43,861 nucleotides of DNA, from the NCBI RefSeq assembly GCF_001194135.2, contig NC_069004.1, forward strand, positions 24,000,113 through 24,043,973, read 5' to 3'. Below, one piece after another: positions 1 through 13,202 of the stretch. Both the position numbers and the translations under genes were made by a program. This stretch comes from Octopus bimaculoides (lineage: Eukaryota). Under the pieces are notes generated by a model that saw nothing but the letters and a program-made list of their open reading frames with translations, was not told the origin of the DNA and did no database searches. How positions within the stretch are numbered: position 1 is the stretch's first letter; the number at the start of each line of letters is the position of its first letter.

Positions 1-44
<44 letters not shown>

Positions 45-599
45 TGTGAATTTGAGACAAGGTTAATGTGTGCATTTTGTAAATATATTTTATGTGTGTA
101 TATGCGCATTATATACATATATATACACACACACATGTATACATATATATACACACACACACATATATATGTACATATACTATACATATATATGTATGTA
201 TATATATTTATTTATTGTTTGCGGAGCTCCACACTCCACTCCCAGCCCCCACATCCCATCTTCCCCTCCAGTTCTACTTTATTCAATTTACAAAGATGTT
301 CCAGATTCCACTTTCCTCTCAATATTATTTAATTGCCCTCCTACCTATTTTTAACGATATCATTAGTACAATTCTAATTAAGTCTACCATAATTCCCAAG
401 TTGTATGTGTCTGACGAGTGTTACACTCTGAGGCCAAGTATTGAAATTGATACAATTAACAGTGTCAGAGAGATATTTGAATTGCCTAAAACCTGCAGAA
501 ACTCTAAACCCTTTCCCTGTCCAGTGTGTCCTGTATGATACAAAGAACATATCTCTCACGTGTCATATCTGTTGCACAATCCTAATTCTTTTCTATGAC

Positions 600-1440
600 C
601 AGAATAATTTGGGATTTATGATAGGGGAGTTGTATATTACTCAAAATACATAAAACCAGTGCTTACTAAAAGACTGTTATTGATAACACCTAGGCAATGT
701 TTCTTTTCCCCTCACCAAAGTGAATGGAGCTTTATCCAGAAGGAATTGGTATCATCAGATGGTATTTAATGGCTATCAGATGTGTTTCAACCCTGAACCG
801 GAACACTCTCCCATTGCTGGGTCAATAGAGGTTCAGCCCTGAACCAGAACACTCTCCCATTGCTGGGTCAATAGAGGTGACTTTTTTTCAACTACCAGAG
901 TAATTTGTGTCTTATGAAAGGAAAATCTATATTAATCAAAACAAGAAACCATGGCTTACTAAAAGACAACATCTAGAAAAAGGTGCTTCTTTTCCACTCA
1001 CTAAAATGAATGAATCTTTGACCAGAAGGAACTGGTGTCAGACAGTATCCAACGGCCATCATGTGTGCTTCAGCCTTGAACCATAACACCTTCCTGTTGG
1101 TGAATGTTGTGGTGGAATCCAAACACACCTGTGAATGGATAAATGAATGGTTCTGAAATGTATAAATATGCATGCGTGCTGGAGATAACAGAACAGTGTT
1201 GTATGTGCAGCCATATATTATACAGAGAGTTGTAGAAGCTATTAAGAAGAGATTTTGTTGGATTACGTGTTGGTGATTTGAACAGTTGGTGAATGAAGAT
1301 ACAATAAATCCACAACTACATTGAAACATCATAACAGTAAGTCAGCAGAGGTGACCCTCTTTTTCAACCTGGGACTTCTGAAAGGAAAGCTTTGTATTAC
1401 TCAAAATGCATGAAACAATTTGTTTCCTCAAAGATTGAAA
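600..1440. repeat. Diverged tandem repeat (about 3 units) with an internal 46-bp direct duplication (791-878)
   Basis: tattactcaaaa...cttactaaaagac...ccagaagga..tgg recurs at ~635, ~930 and ~1395. Confidence 0.65.
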
Positions 1441-2029
1441 AGAAGCATGGATATTTGGGGCAAAGAATTTGGACATACAAAGGGTTAAGTCACTTTTCAT
1501 TTATTTCTTGAGGGGTGCAAAATTTTCATTGCAACACTATGATTTGGTCACTTAAGCACTTTTTTTTACCATTCTATAGGTGCAGGTGTGGCTATTTGGT
1601 AAGAAATTTGCTTATCATATTGGTTTTGGGTTCAGTCCCACTGTGGGACACTTTGGGCAAGTGTCTTCCGTTATAGCCTTGGGTCAACCAGAACCTTGTG
1701 ATTGGATTTGGTAGACGGAAACTAAAAGAAGCTTGTCATGTGTGTGTGTGTGTGTGTGTGCGTGTGTTTCTTCCCCCATGCTTGACAACAGATTTCTGTA
1801 ACTGAAGACAGGATAATCACTTTAAAATTTTTGAATCTCACAGGTTGTGTAGATAACACTGAAAACTGATTTAGGTATATTTGCACCATTTGTCTATTGT
1901 AAGAAATTTTCTCCAAGACAAAACACAGTGAAGGCTTTCTTATGGGTTCAAATATGCCCCAAGGTTATTACCAGCTCGAATAATATGCCTCAAGCATATT
2001 TGAACTGGTAATAACCTTGTGTATAGGCA

Positions 2030-2422
2030 CACAAGTGGTGGTGTGGTAAGTAGCTTGCTTACGAACCACATGGTTCCGGGTTCAGTCCCACTGCTTGGCA
2101 CTGTGTGGCACTGCGTGCCTTCTACTATAGCCTCAGGCCGACCAAAGCCTTGTGAGTGGATTTGGTAGACGGAAACTGAAAGAAGCCTGTCGTATATATG
2201 TATATGTATGTGTGTGTATATGTTTGTGTGTCCCCACAACATCGCTTGACAACCGATGCTGGTGTGTTTACGTCCCCGTAACACAGTGCTTCAGCAAAAG
2301 AGACCAATAGAATAAGTACTAGGCTTACAAAGAATAAGTCCTGAGGTCGATTTGCTCGACTAAAGGTGGTGCTCCAGCATAGCCACAGTCAAATGACTGA
2401 AACAAGTAAAAGAGTAAAAGAG
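2030..2422 (+). mobile_element. Full-length tRNA-headed SINE (family A) with internal (TA/TG)n tract
   Basis: Box A-like tgtggtaag and box B-like ggttcagtccc head, conserved body, tail ggtgctccagcat...gaaacaagtaaaagag; more than 15 partial copies in the window. Confidence 0.85.
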
Positions 2423-2714
2423 ATGTGTGTGTGTGTCCGCGCATGCGCACATCTGTGTGTGTATTCAGATTCCACAGGTATTTCGGTCATTTGTTCGGCA
2501 AAAAGAAAGAAAGTTCAGCAGAAAGAAAATCACAACACTATTAATTAGTTATTAATTAGTTATTAATAAACAAATATTTTTGTATTTCTTCTTGCTGAAG
2601 TATCCCATGCTTTATTAAGTGTGTACTACATGTGTGAAGGCCTTTGTTTTCACAGACACATGATCAAACAAACACACACACACACACACACACACATGCA
2701 CACACATGCACACG

Positions 2715-3012
2715 CACACTCCGCTGGTTACAATGACTAGGGTTCCAGTTGATGCGATCAATGGAACAACTTACCTGTGAAAGCAATGTGCAAGTGGTTG
2801 AGTCCTCCAAAGACATGTGTACTCTTCTCTTACTTCTTAAGGAGATTCTGCATGATGCAGAATATGACATGGCTGGACCCTTGAAATACAAGTACCACTC
2901 ATAGACTAGAGTGACATGAAATATAGTGTCTTGCTCAAGGACAGAATGTGTTGCCAGGAATTGAACTCGTGATCTTATGATCATGAGCAGAATACACCAA
3001 CCACTGAGCCAC
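2715..3012 (-). mobile_element. tRNA-headed SINE family B
   Basis: Reverse complement of 9710-10032; box A tggctcagtggttgg and box B gagttcaattcc. Confidence 0.75.
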
Positions 3013-3051
3013 ACATCTTCAACAGACACACACACACACACACACACACAT

Positions 3052-3210
3052 AGTCATAGGTGTGTGTGTGGTAAGAAGCTTGCTTCCCAACCACATAGTT
3101 CCAGGTTCAGTCCCGTGCATAGCACCTTGCACAAGTGTCTTCTATTATAGCCTCAGGCTGACCAAAGCCTTATGAGTGGACTTGGTAGATGGAAACTGAA
3201 AGAGGCCTGT

Positions 3211-3242
<32 letters not shown>

Positions 3243-3309
3243 GGTTGATTTTGTTGATTAAAGGCAGTGCTCCAGCATGGCTGCAGTCAAATGAGCGAAA
3301 CGTGTAAAG

Positions 3310-3310
<1 letters not shown>
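3052..3310 (+). mobile_element. SINE family A, internally deleted
   Basis: Head, (TA)n and tail. Confidence 0.75.
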
Positions 3311-3340
<30 letters not shown>

Positions 3341-3729
3341 NNNNNNNNNNNNNNNNNNNNNNNNNNNNNNNNNNNNNNNNNNNNNNNNNNNNNNNNNNNN
3401 NNNNNNNNNNNNNNNNNNNNNNNNNNNNNNNNNNNNNNNNNNNNNNNNNNNNNNNNNNNNNNNNNNNNNNNNNNNNNNNNNNNNNNNNNNNNNNNNNNNN
3501 NNNNNNNNNNNNNNNNNNNNNNNNNNNNNNNNNNNNNNNNNNNNNNNNNNNNNNNNNNNNNNNNNNNNNNNNNNNNNNNNNNNNNNNNNNNNNNNNNNNN
3601 NNNNNNNNNNNNNNNNNNNNNNNNNNNNNNNNNNNNNNNNNNNNNNNNNNNNNNNNNNNNNNNNNNNNNNNNNNNNNNNNNNNNNNNNNNNNNNNNNNNN
3701 NNNNNNNNNNNNNNNNNNNNNNNNNNNNN

Positions 3730-3870
<141 letters not shown>

Positions 3871-4074
3871 AATACATGCATACATACTTGTGTGTGTGTG
3901 TATGTGTATATATACACACATATACATGTGTATGTATATACACACGGTTCTATCTGAAGACTGGTATTTCTCTCTCTGTGATGCTTTTGTGGTGATAGTC
4001 ATAGCAGTTGGAGGCATTGATATATGGCTATTGTGGCAATGGTGGTGGTGGTGGTGGTGATGATGATGATGATG

Positions 4075-4122
4075 CTATGGAATGGTTTGTGTCTCTATTT
4101 CTGTCATTGCCAAAACAAACCA
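4075..4122 (-). CDS. Possible terminal exon of minus-strand gene (WFVLAMTEIETQTIP*)
   Basis: Acceptor aatgttttcactgttcag|, phase 0, followed by trinucleotide repeats. Speculative. Confidence 0.2.
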   Translation of the reverse strand, partial: WFVLAMTEIETQTIP

Positions 4123-4228
4123 CTGAACAGTGAAAACATTATTGTCTGGATTTGTTTGTGTTTTTACATGAGTAAATATCTATGTATATTTGTGTATACA
4201 CACACACACACACACATATATTGATCGG

Positions 4229-4264
<36 letters not shown>

Positions 4265-4552
4265 NNNNNNNNNNNNNNNNNNNNNNNNNNNNNNNNNNNN
4301 NNNNNNNNNNNNNNNNNNNNNNNNNNNNNNNNNNNNNNNNNNNNNNNNNNNNNNNNNNNNNNNNNNNNNNNNNNNNNNNNNNNNNNNNNNNNNNNNNNNN
4401 NNNNNNNNNNNNNNNNNNNNNNNNNNNNNNNNNNNNNNNNNNNNNNNNNNNNNNNNNNNNNNNNNNNNNNNNNNNNNNNNNNNNNNNNNNNNNNNNNNNN
4501 NNNNNNNNNNNNNNNNNNNNNNNNNNNNATATATATATATATATATATATAT

Positions 4553-4690
4553 AGGGAGAATTCACGAAAAACAACAGACGAAACAGGTGGTGTAGAAAAC
4601 AAATAGATGTATTAGTATAATGCTTGGGAATGGAGAAAGTCTTTAACGTTTCGAGCCTACGCTCTTCCACAGAAAGGAACACAGAAAGAA
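4553..4690 (-). mobile_element. Solo Penelope-type terminal repeat
   Basis: Reverse complement matches 26400-26480 and 30300-30420 (GAAGAGCGTAGGCTCGAAACGT). Confidence 0.65.
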
Positions 4691-5154
4691 CCTAGGGGAG
4701 AAAAAATGTGTGTTGTGGTTATATATATATACAGGCGCAGGCATGGCTGCTTACCAACCACATGGCTCTGGGTTCAGTCCTACCGCGTGGTACCTTGGGC
4801 AGCTGTCTTCTACTATAGCCTTGGGCCAACCAAAGCCTTGTGACTGGATTTGATAGAGGGAAACTGAAAGAAGCCCGTCGTATATATAAGTTTGCTTTGC
4901 AACCATGCAGTTTCAGGAATGGTACCACTGCTTCGCACCATTCCTACCAATGCTGACAAATGCCTTTTGAGGTAATTTGGTAGATGGAAAGTACAAGAAG
5001 GTGTGTGTTTGTGTGTGTAGGGTGGGATGTTTCATCTTTTACTTGGTTTCACTCATTAGATTGTGGCCATGCTGGGGCACTGCCTTGAAGAATTTTAGTT
5101 GAATGAATCAACCCCAGTCTTTTTCCTTTTTTTGTTAAACCTAGTACTCTTTTA

Positions 5155-5380
5155 CTTTTTTACTTGTTTCAGTTATTTGACTGCTGCCATGCTGGAGCAC
5201 CGCCTTTATAGTTGAGCAAATCGACCCCAGAGCTTATTCTTTGTAAGCCTAGTACTTATTCTATTGGTCTCTTTTGCCAAACCGCTAACTTACGGGGATG
5301 CAAACACACCAGCATCGTTTGTCAAGCGATGCTGGGGGGTGGGGACAAACAGACACACAAATATATACACACACACATAC

Positions 5381-5411
<31 letters not shown>

Positions 5412-5545
5412 TGACGGGCTTCTTTCAATTTCTGTCTACCAAATCTACTCACAAGGCCTTGGTCGGCCTGAGGCTATAGTAGAAGACACTTGCCCCAGGT
5501 GTCACGCAGTGGGACTGAACCCGGGACCAAGTGGTTGGTAAGCAA
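5155..5545 (-). mobile_element. SINE family A, full length
   Basis: Reverse complement of 2030-2422. Confidence 0.85.
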
Positions 5546-5559
5546 GCTATCAGTCACTT

Positions 5560-5671
5560 TTATTGAACAATTGCTAAGTTATGTGAGTATAAATACACCA
5601 GCACCTGTTGTAAAGCAGTGGGGGGAGGGACAAACACTGACACAAAGACTCACGCACACATATACACACTT

Positions 5672-5711
<40 letters not shown>

Positions 5712-5850
5712 GCGCACATAGATACAATGGGCTTCCTTCAGTTTCTGTCTACCAAATCTACTCTTGGTCAGCCTGAGGCTATAGTTGAAGACACTTGCCC
5801 AAGGTGCCATGCAGTGGGACTGAACTTGGAACTGTGGTTTCAAAGCAACT
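5560..5850 (-). mobile_element. SINE family A, partial
   Basis: Head and body homologous to 2030-2300; internal (CA)n. Confidence 0.75.
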
Positions 5851-5862
5851 TCTTCATCTTAC

Positions 5863-5958
5863 CCCACAACTGTGCCCGCATCTATGCTTTAGTGAACCGG
5901 TGTTCATGTTGATATTCTTTGTTGACATTGCAACAGACTGCTCTGTGCTTTCAAAGTC
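5863..5958 (-). CDS. Exon of minus-strand gene (DFESTEQSVAMSTKNINMNTGSLKHRCGHSCG)
   Basis: Acceptor attcttattctacag| and donor ggg|gtaaga; 96 nt, phase 0 to 0; open frame. Confidence 0.48.
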
Positions 5959-6069
5959 CTGTAGAATAAGAATTGATGTCCCACACTCGAAAACTGACAA
6001 GTGTTGGTGACAAGAAGTGTATCCTGACTCAAAATGCATCACTTTGTCAAAACTCATGCTAGTGTGGAA

Positions 6070-6480
6070 AAACAGATTACTGTGATGGTTATTGTGATGA
6101 TGATGATGATGATGTCAGTGATAGAAATCATGATGATAATAGAGATGGAGATGGAAATGATGACACTGATGGTGGTGGTGGTGGTGATGATGATGATGAT
6201 GATGATGATGATATGCTAGTGGTGGTGCCGGTGGTAGTGGCGCTGGTTGTAATGGTGGTGATGATCATGATGGTGTTGATGCTGCTGCTGATGCTGGTGG
6301 TGATGATGATGATGATGATGATGGTGGTGGTGATGATGATATGGTAGTAGTGGTGGTGCTGGTTGTAGTGGTGGTAATGATCATGATAGTGTTGCTGATC
6401 ATGGTGGTGGTGGTGGTGGTGCTGCTGCTGCTGTTGTTGTTGTTGTTGTTGTTGCTGGTAGCAGCGGCCATGGTGGTTTG
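6070..6480. repeat. Mosaic GAT/GGT/GCT/GTT trinucleotide array
   Basis: Direct reading; source of the poly-Q/H/M/V ORFs. Confidence 0.9.
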
Positions 6481-6502
6481 CGAGTGTGATGTTATTGCAT
6501 AC

Positions 6503-6584
6503 TTGTCTTCCTCTCAGTTTCAGAACAGTTTTGAAGGGCCCCAAGTAGCAAGGGTCATGCATCTGGATCCCATCCATAATGCAC
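6503..6584 (-). CDS. Exon of minus-strand gene (RCIMDGIQMHDPCYLGPFKTVLKLRGRQ)
   Basis: Acceptor tgtttcatgcag| and donor caa|gtatgc; 82 nt, phase 2 to 0; joins both neighbouring exons in frame. Confidence 0.48.
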
Positions 6585-6934
6585 CTGCATGAAACACATG
6601 TATAATTTGGTTGGCAGATTTGCTCCATGTCACTCTGACCATTATCATCTCTATGGAATCATACTTTAGTAAAAGACGGCCACACAGCACTCTTTGATAG
6701 AATTTGAAGTCAATTTAGATGTCATAAGAGATAAATCTTTAATAATTTGGTTTTAAATTTGATTCTTGTATAACTTCACCGACTCCCAGGCAAACAGACA
6801 CACAGACAGACAGGCAGGCAGGCAGATTGGGGAAAATGATGCACCACAGACAGTTGTAGAAACAGCTACTCTTGTAAAATGACATACGTGCATGTGTGTA
6901 CTAATATGCAGTTGTATTTGTGTATGTATATATA

Positions 6935-6981
<47 letters not shown>

Positions 6982-7252
6982 NNNNNNNNNNNNNNNNNNN
7001 NNNNNNNNNNNNNNNNNNNNNNNNNNNNNNNNNNNNNNNNNNNNNNNNNNNNNNNNNNNNNNNNNNNNNNNNNNNNNNNNNNNNNNNNNNNNNNNNNNNN
7101 NNNNNNNNNNNNNNNNNNNNNNNNNNNNNNNNNNNNNNNNNNNNNNNNNNNNNNNNNNNNNNNNNNNNNNNNNNNNNNNNNNNNNNNNNNNNNNNNNNNN
7201 NNNNNNNNNNNNNNNNNNNNNNNNNNNNNNNNNNNNNNNNNNNNNNNNNNNN

Positions 7253-7307
<55 letters not shown>

Positions 7308-7480
7308 CATGTACATGTGTGTGTGTGTGTGTATATAATACATATGTGTGTGGGTGGGTGTGTGACTGTTTTTCACACCTTTTTACCATTAGAGAGAATT
7401 TTTCTTCCATGGTAACTGTAGTGAATTTGTGCCTTTAGAAGTTGAAATATGTCACAAACATATTTTAGCTAATCTAAAGT

Positions 7481-7514
<34 letters not shown>

Positions 7515-7517
7515 GTG

Positions 7518-7550
<33 letters not shown>

Positions 7551-7779
7551 ATGTATATATATATATATATATATTCATATGTATACATGCATATATATAT
7601 GTATACATATGAATATATGTGTGCTTATGTGTGAGTGTGTGTGCATGTTTATATATATATATATGTATGTATACATACATGTATGTGTGCTTATGTGTGT
7701 GTATTTTGATATATATATATATACACACATTGAGAGAGAGAGAGAGAGATACTGATACAGATACACATGATTAGGCTTG

Positions 7780-7829
<50 letters not shown>

Positions 7830-8923
7830 ACACACACACACACAGATACATGTAACTAAATGTGTTCAGGCGATAAACACATATGTATGAGCATATACAT
7901 CTTTATATATACAGACAGATATATTTACATAGAGCATAAAAATATGGAATGCTATGGAGAGAATTCATAGTTTTTTTTACTACACACTCACATACATTGT
8001 ATGTGTAAATTCATGCATCTGCAATGTGTGTGTGTGTGTATTGAATAAAACTTATGCTCTGGAACAATATATCTAAGGAATTCAAAGAATTCTTTTAACA
8101 TGTTAAACTCTGATATATTATTACTTGTATTATTAGTTTAATACTAAAGCAGATATGATATTGCATTAAAAACATATGACTTTGACATCACATTCAATTA
8201 CAGTGTTTTGTTGTGGGTTATGGAAACAATTGTAGAATAAAACTAATGAAATTTTTGTAATATCATTGAGATCATTCGTTTTTTGTTTTTCCATATATCA
8301 TCATCATCATCCAGCATTTAACATCTGCTTTCCTTTTTAGTATGGGTTGGATGGCCACACCAAGATTCTGTAATTTGTCTTGACATGGTTTCTATGGCTG
8401 GGTGCCCTTCTTAATGCCAACCACTTTACAGAGTGTACTGGGTGCTTTTTATGTGGCACCAGCACCCACTCCAATGCTTTTTACATGGCACATTGAATTT
8501 AGGATCTCAATTCTGTTATAGTGGCTGGGTCTTCTTGAGTGCAGCAACACATGGCATATCTTAGTCCTCTGTCATCTCCTTTATAAGGCTCAGCATTGTG
8601 AGTGGATTTGTTAAATGGAAACTGAGAGAAGCCTGTTTTATATATGTGTGTATGAACCTTTGTCTAGACATCATGTAAGAGTTGTCAAAAAAAGCATCAC
8701 CATCATTCAACTAAGGTTGTTTGTTTCCAGGCTTTTGTCAGAAAGCTATCTAGAAGTAATACCTTGCTTGGAAACAGATGAGGGTTAGTGATTGGAAGGG
8801 CATTCAGCTGTAGAAAATCTGCCTCATGAAATTCTGTCTGACCCATGCAAGCATGGAAAAGGAGACATGAAATGATGATGATGATGATATGTATGTTGGT
8901 TTTCATATATGTATATCTATACA

Positions 8924-9696
8924 CAGACATGCAGGAAGTAAATAGACACCTTTAATTTTCAAAATCATCATCATCATCATCATCATTTAACGTCCGCTTT
9001 CCATGCTAGCATAGGTTGGATGATTTGACTGAGGACCGGCGAACCAGATGGCTGCACCAGGCTCCAATCTGATCTGGCAGAGTTTCTACAGCTGCATGCC
9101 CTTCTTAATGCCAACCACTCCGAGCATGTAGTGGGTTCTGCTTTTATGTGCCACCAGCACGAATGCCAGTCATACAGTACTGGCAACAGCCACGCTCAAA
9201 ATGATGTTTTTTATGTGCCACCTGCACTTGATATTAATTGGTTGAAGGAGAGGTTTTCTTCTAGCTGCTCGTCCATAATACCCTAGCTTATGCAGATATG
9301 CAACGCACATTCTTGGACTAACTTCTAGCTGTTTTTCAATGCCAGAAGCCTTTGAACGGGGTTCGTTTTCCAAATCTGTTGATTCTTTTCCTTGGCTTTT
9401 GAATTGCACTATAATTCTATTAACAGTAGCAAGAGGAATTTGAAGATTTTCGGCAATTTTTTGCTGGCTAAGAATAGCCTCAAACTGCCCAACAATACAA
9501 CCTCTTTGAAAATCTCAAAAGTTCAGTTGAATTTTTTGTGCGTGGCATGATTACTCTTCGCAAACGTTTAATATAATGGCACCTGGAATGAAAAAGAATA
9601 ATTACATTGTAAATTCTACACTGCTGAAAACATATTAGGATGCTTAGATCAGAAATGTTGAAAATTAAAGGTGTCTATTTACTTCCTGCATGTCTG
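8924..9696 (-). mobile_element. Tc1-like non-autonomous element with perfect 39-bp TIRs and a nested retro-tail insertion
   Basis: TIR CAGACATGCAGGAAGTAAATAGACACCTTTAATTTTCAA at 8924-8962 and 9658-9696, TA at the right end; N-terminal HTH remnant ([16 protein letters not shown]...RAARRKPLL). Confidence 0.85.
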
Positions 9697-9709
9697 TATA
9701 TACACCTTT

Positions 9710-10032
9710 AGGCACATGGCCTAGTGATTAGAGTGTTGCACTTGTGGTTACTAGATTGTGGGTTCAGTTTCCAGACTGGATGCACTGAATGCACTTGAGC
9801 AAAACACTTCATTTAGCATTGCTCCAGTCCACTCAACTGGTAAAAATGAGTTGCACCTGTAATACAAAAGGGCCAACCTTGTCACATCCTGTGTTGTGCT
9901 GAATCTTGCGAAGAACTACGTTAAGGGTATGTGTGTCTGTGGAGTGCTCAACCACTTGAATGTTAATTTTGTGAGCATGCTGTTCCATTGATTGGATCAA
10001 CTGTAACATTTGTCGTCATAACTGATGGAGCG
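9710..10032 (+). mobile_element. tRNA-headed SINE family B
   Basis: tggcctagtgattag head, cttgagcaaaacacttcatt core; reverse-strand homologue at 2715-3010. Confidence 0.75.
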
Positions 10033-10081
10033 CCAGTTTTATGTCTTTGTGTGTATATTTTTATGTATATGTATGCCTGTA

Positions 10082-10126
<45 letters not shown>

Positions 10127-10144
10127 ACTGTATTTATGTGTATG

Positions 10145-10400
10145 TGGAGGCACGTAGCTTAGTGGTTAGGGTGTCAGCATCATGATCGTAAGATTGTGGT
10201 TTCGATTCCTGGACCAGGCGACGCGTTGTGTTCTTGAGCAAAACACTTCATTTCACGTTGCTCCAGTTCACTCAGCTGGCAAAAACGAATAACGCTGCGA
10301 TGGACTGGCATCCTGTCCAGCTGGGGAACACATACGCCATTGAAACCGGGAAGCCGGGCCAATGAGCCTGGCTAGTCTTTAAAAGGACGCATTTATTATT
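10145..10400 (+). mobile_element. tRNA-headed SINE with V-domain-like core
   Basis: Box A/B head, gcgatggactggcatcctgtccag core, AT-rich tail. Confidence 0.7.
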
Positions 10401-10631
10401 TTATTTTTTATTTATGTGTATACATATGTGTGGTGTTTGATCGATTGTGTGTGTGTGTGTGTATGTGTAAATATGTTTTTGTGTATACGTGTGCATGTAT
10501 TTGTGTGTATGCTTATAAGTATATGTATGTTATTTTTGTCTGCACTTCTATGTGAAAGTTGATACATATAAATGCATGTGCACTTGGATATTCTGCAGGT
10601 CTTGTGTGTTTGTGATAGATCTGTATCTTAC

Positions 10632-10696
10632 CTTGTCTTTGAGTGCTCAATTCCTGATGTGGTTGCAGGGGCACTGTTATGATTGATATATGCCAT
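10632..10696 (-). CDS. First coding exon of candidate minus-strand gene (MAYINHNSAPATTSGIEHSKT)
   Basis: ATG in good Kozak context (ggcATGG) with an in-frame stop upstream; strong donor aag|gtaaga; ends in phase 2. Confidence 0.42.
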
Positions 10697-11363
10697 GCCT
10701 TGGCAGAGTCTATTCTTCTTTGGGTTGGATCATTGCTGATTTCTTCCAGAGAGAAAGAGAGAGACAGAGAGAAGAATTGCCTCCAGTTCAAAACAGGCTT
10801 TTCATCAACCCCCAAAAGGATAGAAGGCTAATTTGATCTCAACTGTCTTTGAACTAAGGATGCAGAAAGTCAGAACAAATACAGAAATACAAGCTATCCT
10901 ATGCTCTAATGATTCAGTAAATTCACTGCCGTGTATCACTTATGTATCTCTCTCAGTTTATTTATGCATGGAAGCTTGCTATAAAAATGGGAATAAAATT
11001 TTGTGTGTTATTGAAAATGCATTGTGATAATACTATTGGTGTAATATGTATATATGTATATATATATATATATATATATACACTGAAAATTAGAAATAGC
11101 ATAGAAATATGACTCTCAAAAACAGTAATACTCGCAAACTACAAAAGCAAAAAAGGAAAAAATAACGAATCTACCCAACCTTGATTAGTAGTTTTGGCTA
11201 CTATTTCTATTTTTTAGTGTGTGGTGAAGCAATACTTGCTGAACCTTAAATCTTAAATTGTGTTTATATATTTACCGATTATGGTTTTTAACATACCGAA
11301 CTACTTGGTAAAAATATTACTAATTATCAATTAATTATTAATTTTTACCCTATGTCTGTATGA

Positions 11364-11399
<36 letters not shown>

Positions 11400-11754
11400 N
11401 NNNNNNNNNNNNNNNNNNNNNNNNNNNNNNNNNNNNNNNNNNNNNNNNNNNNNNNNNNNNNNNNNNNNNNNNNNNNNNNNNNNNNNNNNNNNNNNNNNNN
11501 NNNNNNNNNNNNNNNNNNNNNNNNNNNNNNNNNNNNNNNNNNNNNNNNNNNNNNNNNNNNNNNNNNNNNNNNNNNNNNNNNNNNNNNNNNNNNNNNNNNN
11601 NNNNNNNNNNNNNNNNNNNNNNNNNNNNNNNNNNNNNNNNNNNNNNNNNNNNNNNNNNNNNNNNNNNNNNNNNNNNNNNNNNNNNNNNNNNNNNNNNNNN
11701 NNNNNNNNNNNNNNNNNNNNNNNNNNNNNNNNNNNNNNNNNNNNNNNNNNNNNN

Positions 11755-11807
<53 letters not shown>

Positions 11808-13151
11808 TACACACACACACAAGTGGTTACCCTTTAACATTAACTTTAAATAGGGGGATCTGGGTGCCATTTACTTGGCACCAGCAAGGTCTCTTTTTGT
11901 ATGGTTTTTATGGCTGGATACCGTTTCTAATGCCAATCACTTTATAGAGTGAACTGGCTGCATTTTATGTGGCACCAGCATTTGTAAGGTCATCACATAA
12001 CTTGGAGGACAAAGATCCCTCATCTGAGAAGGAGAGTGGTATTGAAAGAGGTGACTTTGAGCCAGGTAATGTGAGGTTAAACTACGGTAGAGGGGCAGAA
12101 ACAGGTGTCAGGTACCTCATCCACTTTGTAAAGTGTTGATGTTAAGAGGGATATCTAGTTGTAAAAAGCAGAGAGGGAAGTTTGGCACAGTGTCCAGGCT
12201 TACTAGCTCATCTCAAACCATTCAACACTTACCAGCATAGAAGATGGAAGTAAAATTACAATAATACTCTGTGTGTGTGTGTGTGTGTTTGTGTTTCTCT
12301 GCATGCTGAATTACAGCATAAGCAACACACAACAAAAATTATATTCTAATTTCAGCTCTAAAAATTGGTTTGCTTATGAAACTAGATATCCATCAGGAAT
12401 TATGGATGTACTTTCTGTTTTCTGTGTGGAGACATTTCAAATGAGATCAGAACTGATTCAATAATTAAATGATGCAGTGCTGGAGTTTGACACATATATA
12501 GTCTCTAGAGTTATCTTGCTTCATCTATCTCTTTGCTAAGTCAATTACTCCGAGAATATGTTTGCAATTCAGTTGTAAATTTTATACAAATTTTATGGTT
12601 CAATAATTACATTGGCAAGTGGAAATCTTAATTTTCATTTTAGTAGTTCATTGTCTGTGATCTTTTGTGAGTTAATACACAGAAAACTGCCCAGAGGTAT
12701 AATTTGGAATTTTCCACATCTTACCAACTGACATATCGTGATATTCATATNNNNNNNNNNATATAATATAATATACAATATATAATATAAAATAAAATAA
12801 AAATGGATGGCACCATGACATTATTTATATATATATTATTTATATATATATATATATATATTATTTATATTAATTATATTATTTATTTTATTATATATAT
12901 ACACACACACACACACATACACAGAGTGAGAGAGAGTAATTTTGTTCCTCATTCTTTCTTTGCTTCTCTCTGAGGATGCTTCCTTCCATATTTAGCTGTG
13001 AAACTTGGTTGCTTGTAGAAATAGATGTTTGTTGGGGGTTATGAATGTAATTTCTGTGTGTGGATGTTTGGTGTGATATGACAAGAACAGCTTGAATGAA
13101 TGAGTGCTGTAAGCACGAGAACTTAGATGCACATATACATATACATGATTG

Positions 13152-13202
<51 letters not shown>

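Noticed and set aside
408-480. CTGACGA...GAAA hammerhead-like motif
   Set aside because: Stem II does not close next to GAAA and stems I and III are marginal; at most a relic.
500-590. KPFPCPVCPV*YKEHISHVSYLLH zinc-finger-like string
   Set aside because: Internal stop and missing His ligand; probably chance or a decayed element.
791-878. 46-bp direct repeats resembling a mini CRISPR array
   Set aside because: Two abutting copies with no spacers, in a eukaryotic context.
973-1332. 119-aa minus-strand ORF
   Set aside because: It overlaps a degenerate tandem repeat, has no usable splice acceptor and no recognisable motif.
4917-4971. Plus-strand exon candidate MVPLLRTIPTNADKCLL, in phase with exon 15971
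   Set aside because: It sits between SINE fragments and the donor coincides with a SINE junction; insufficient support.
6530-6560. HDPCYLG similarity to bacterial CCG domains; LRGRQDFE similarity to NTPDases
   Set aside because: Short matches lacking the other required residues; likely chance.
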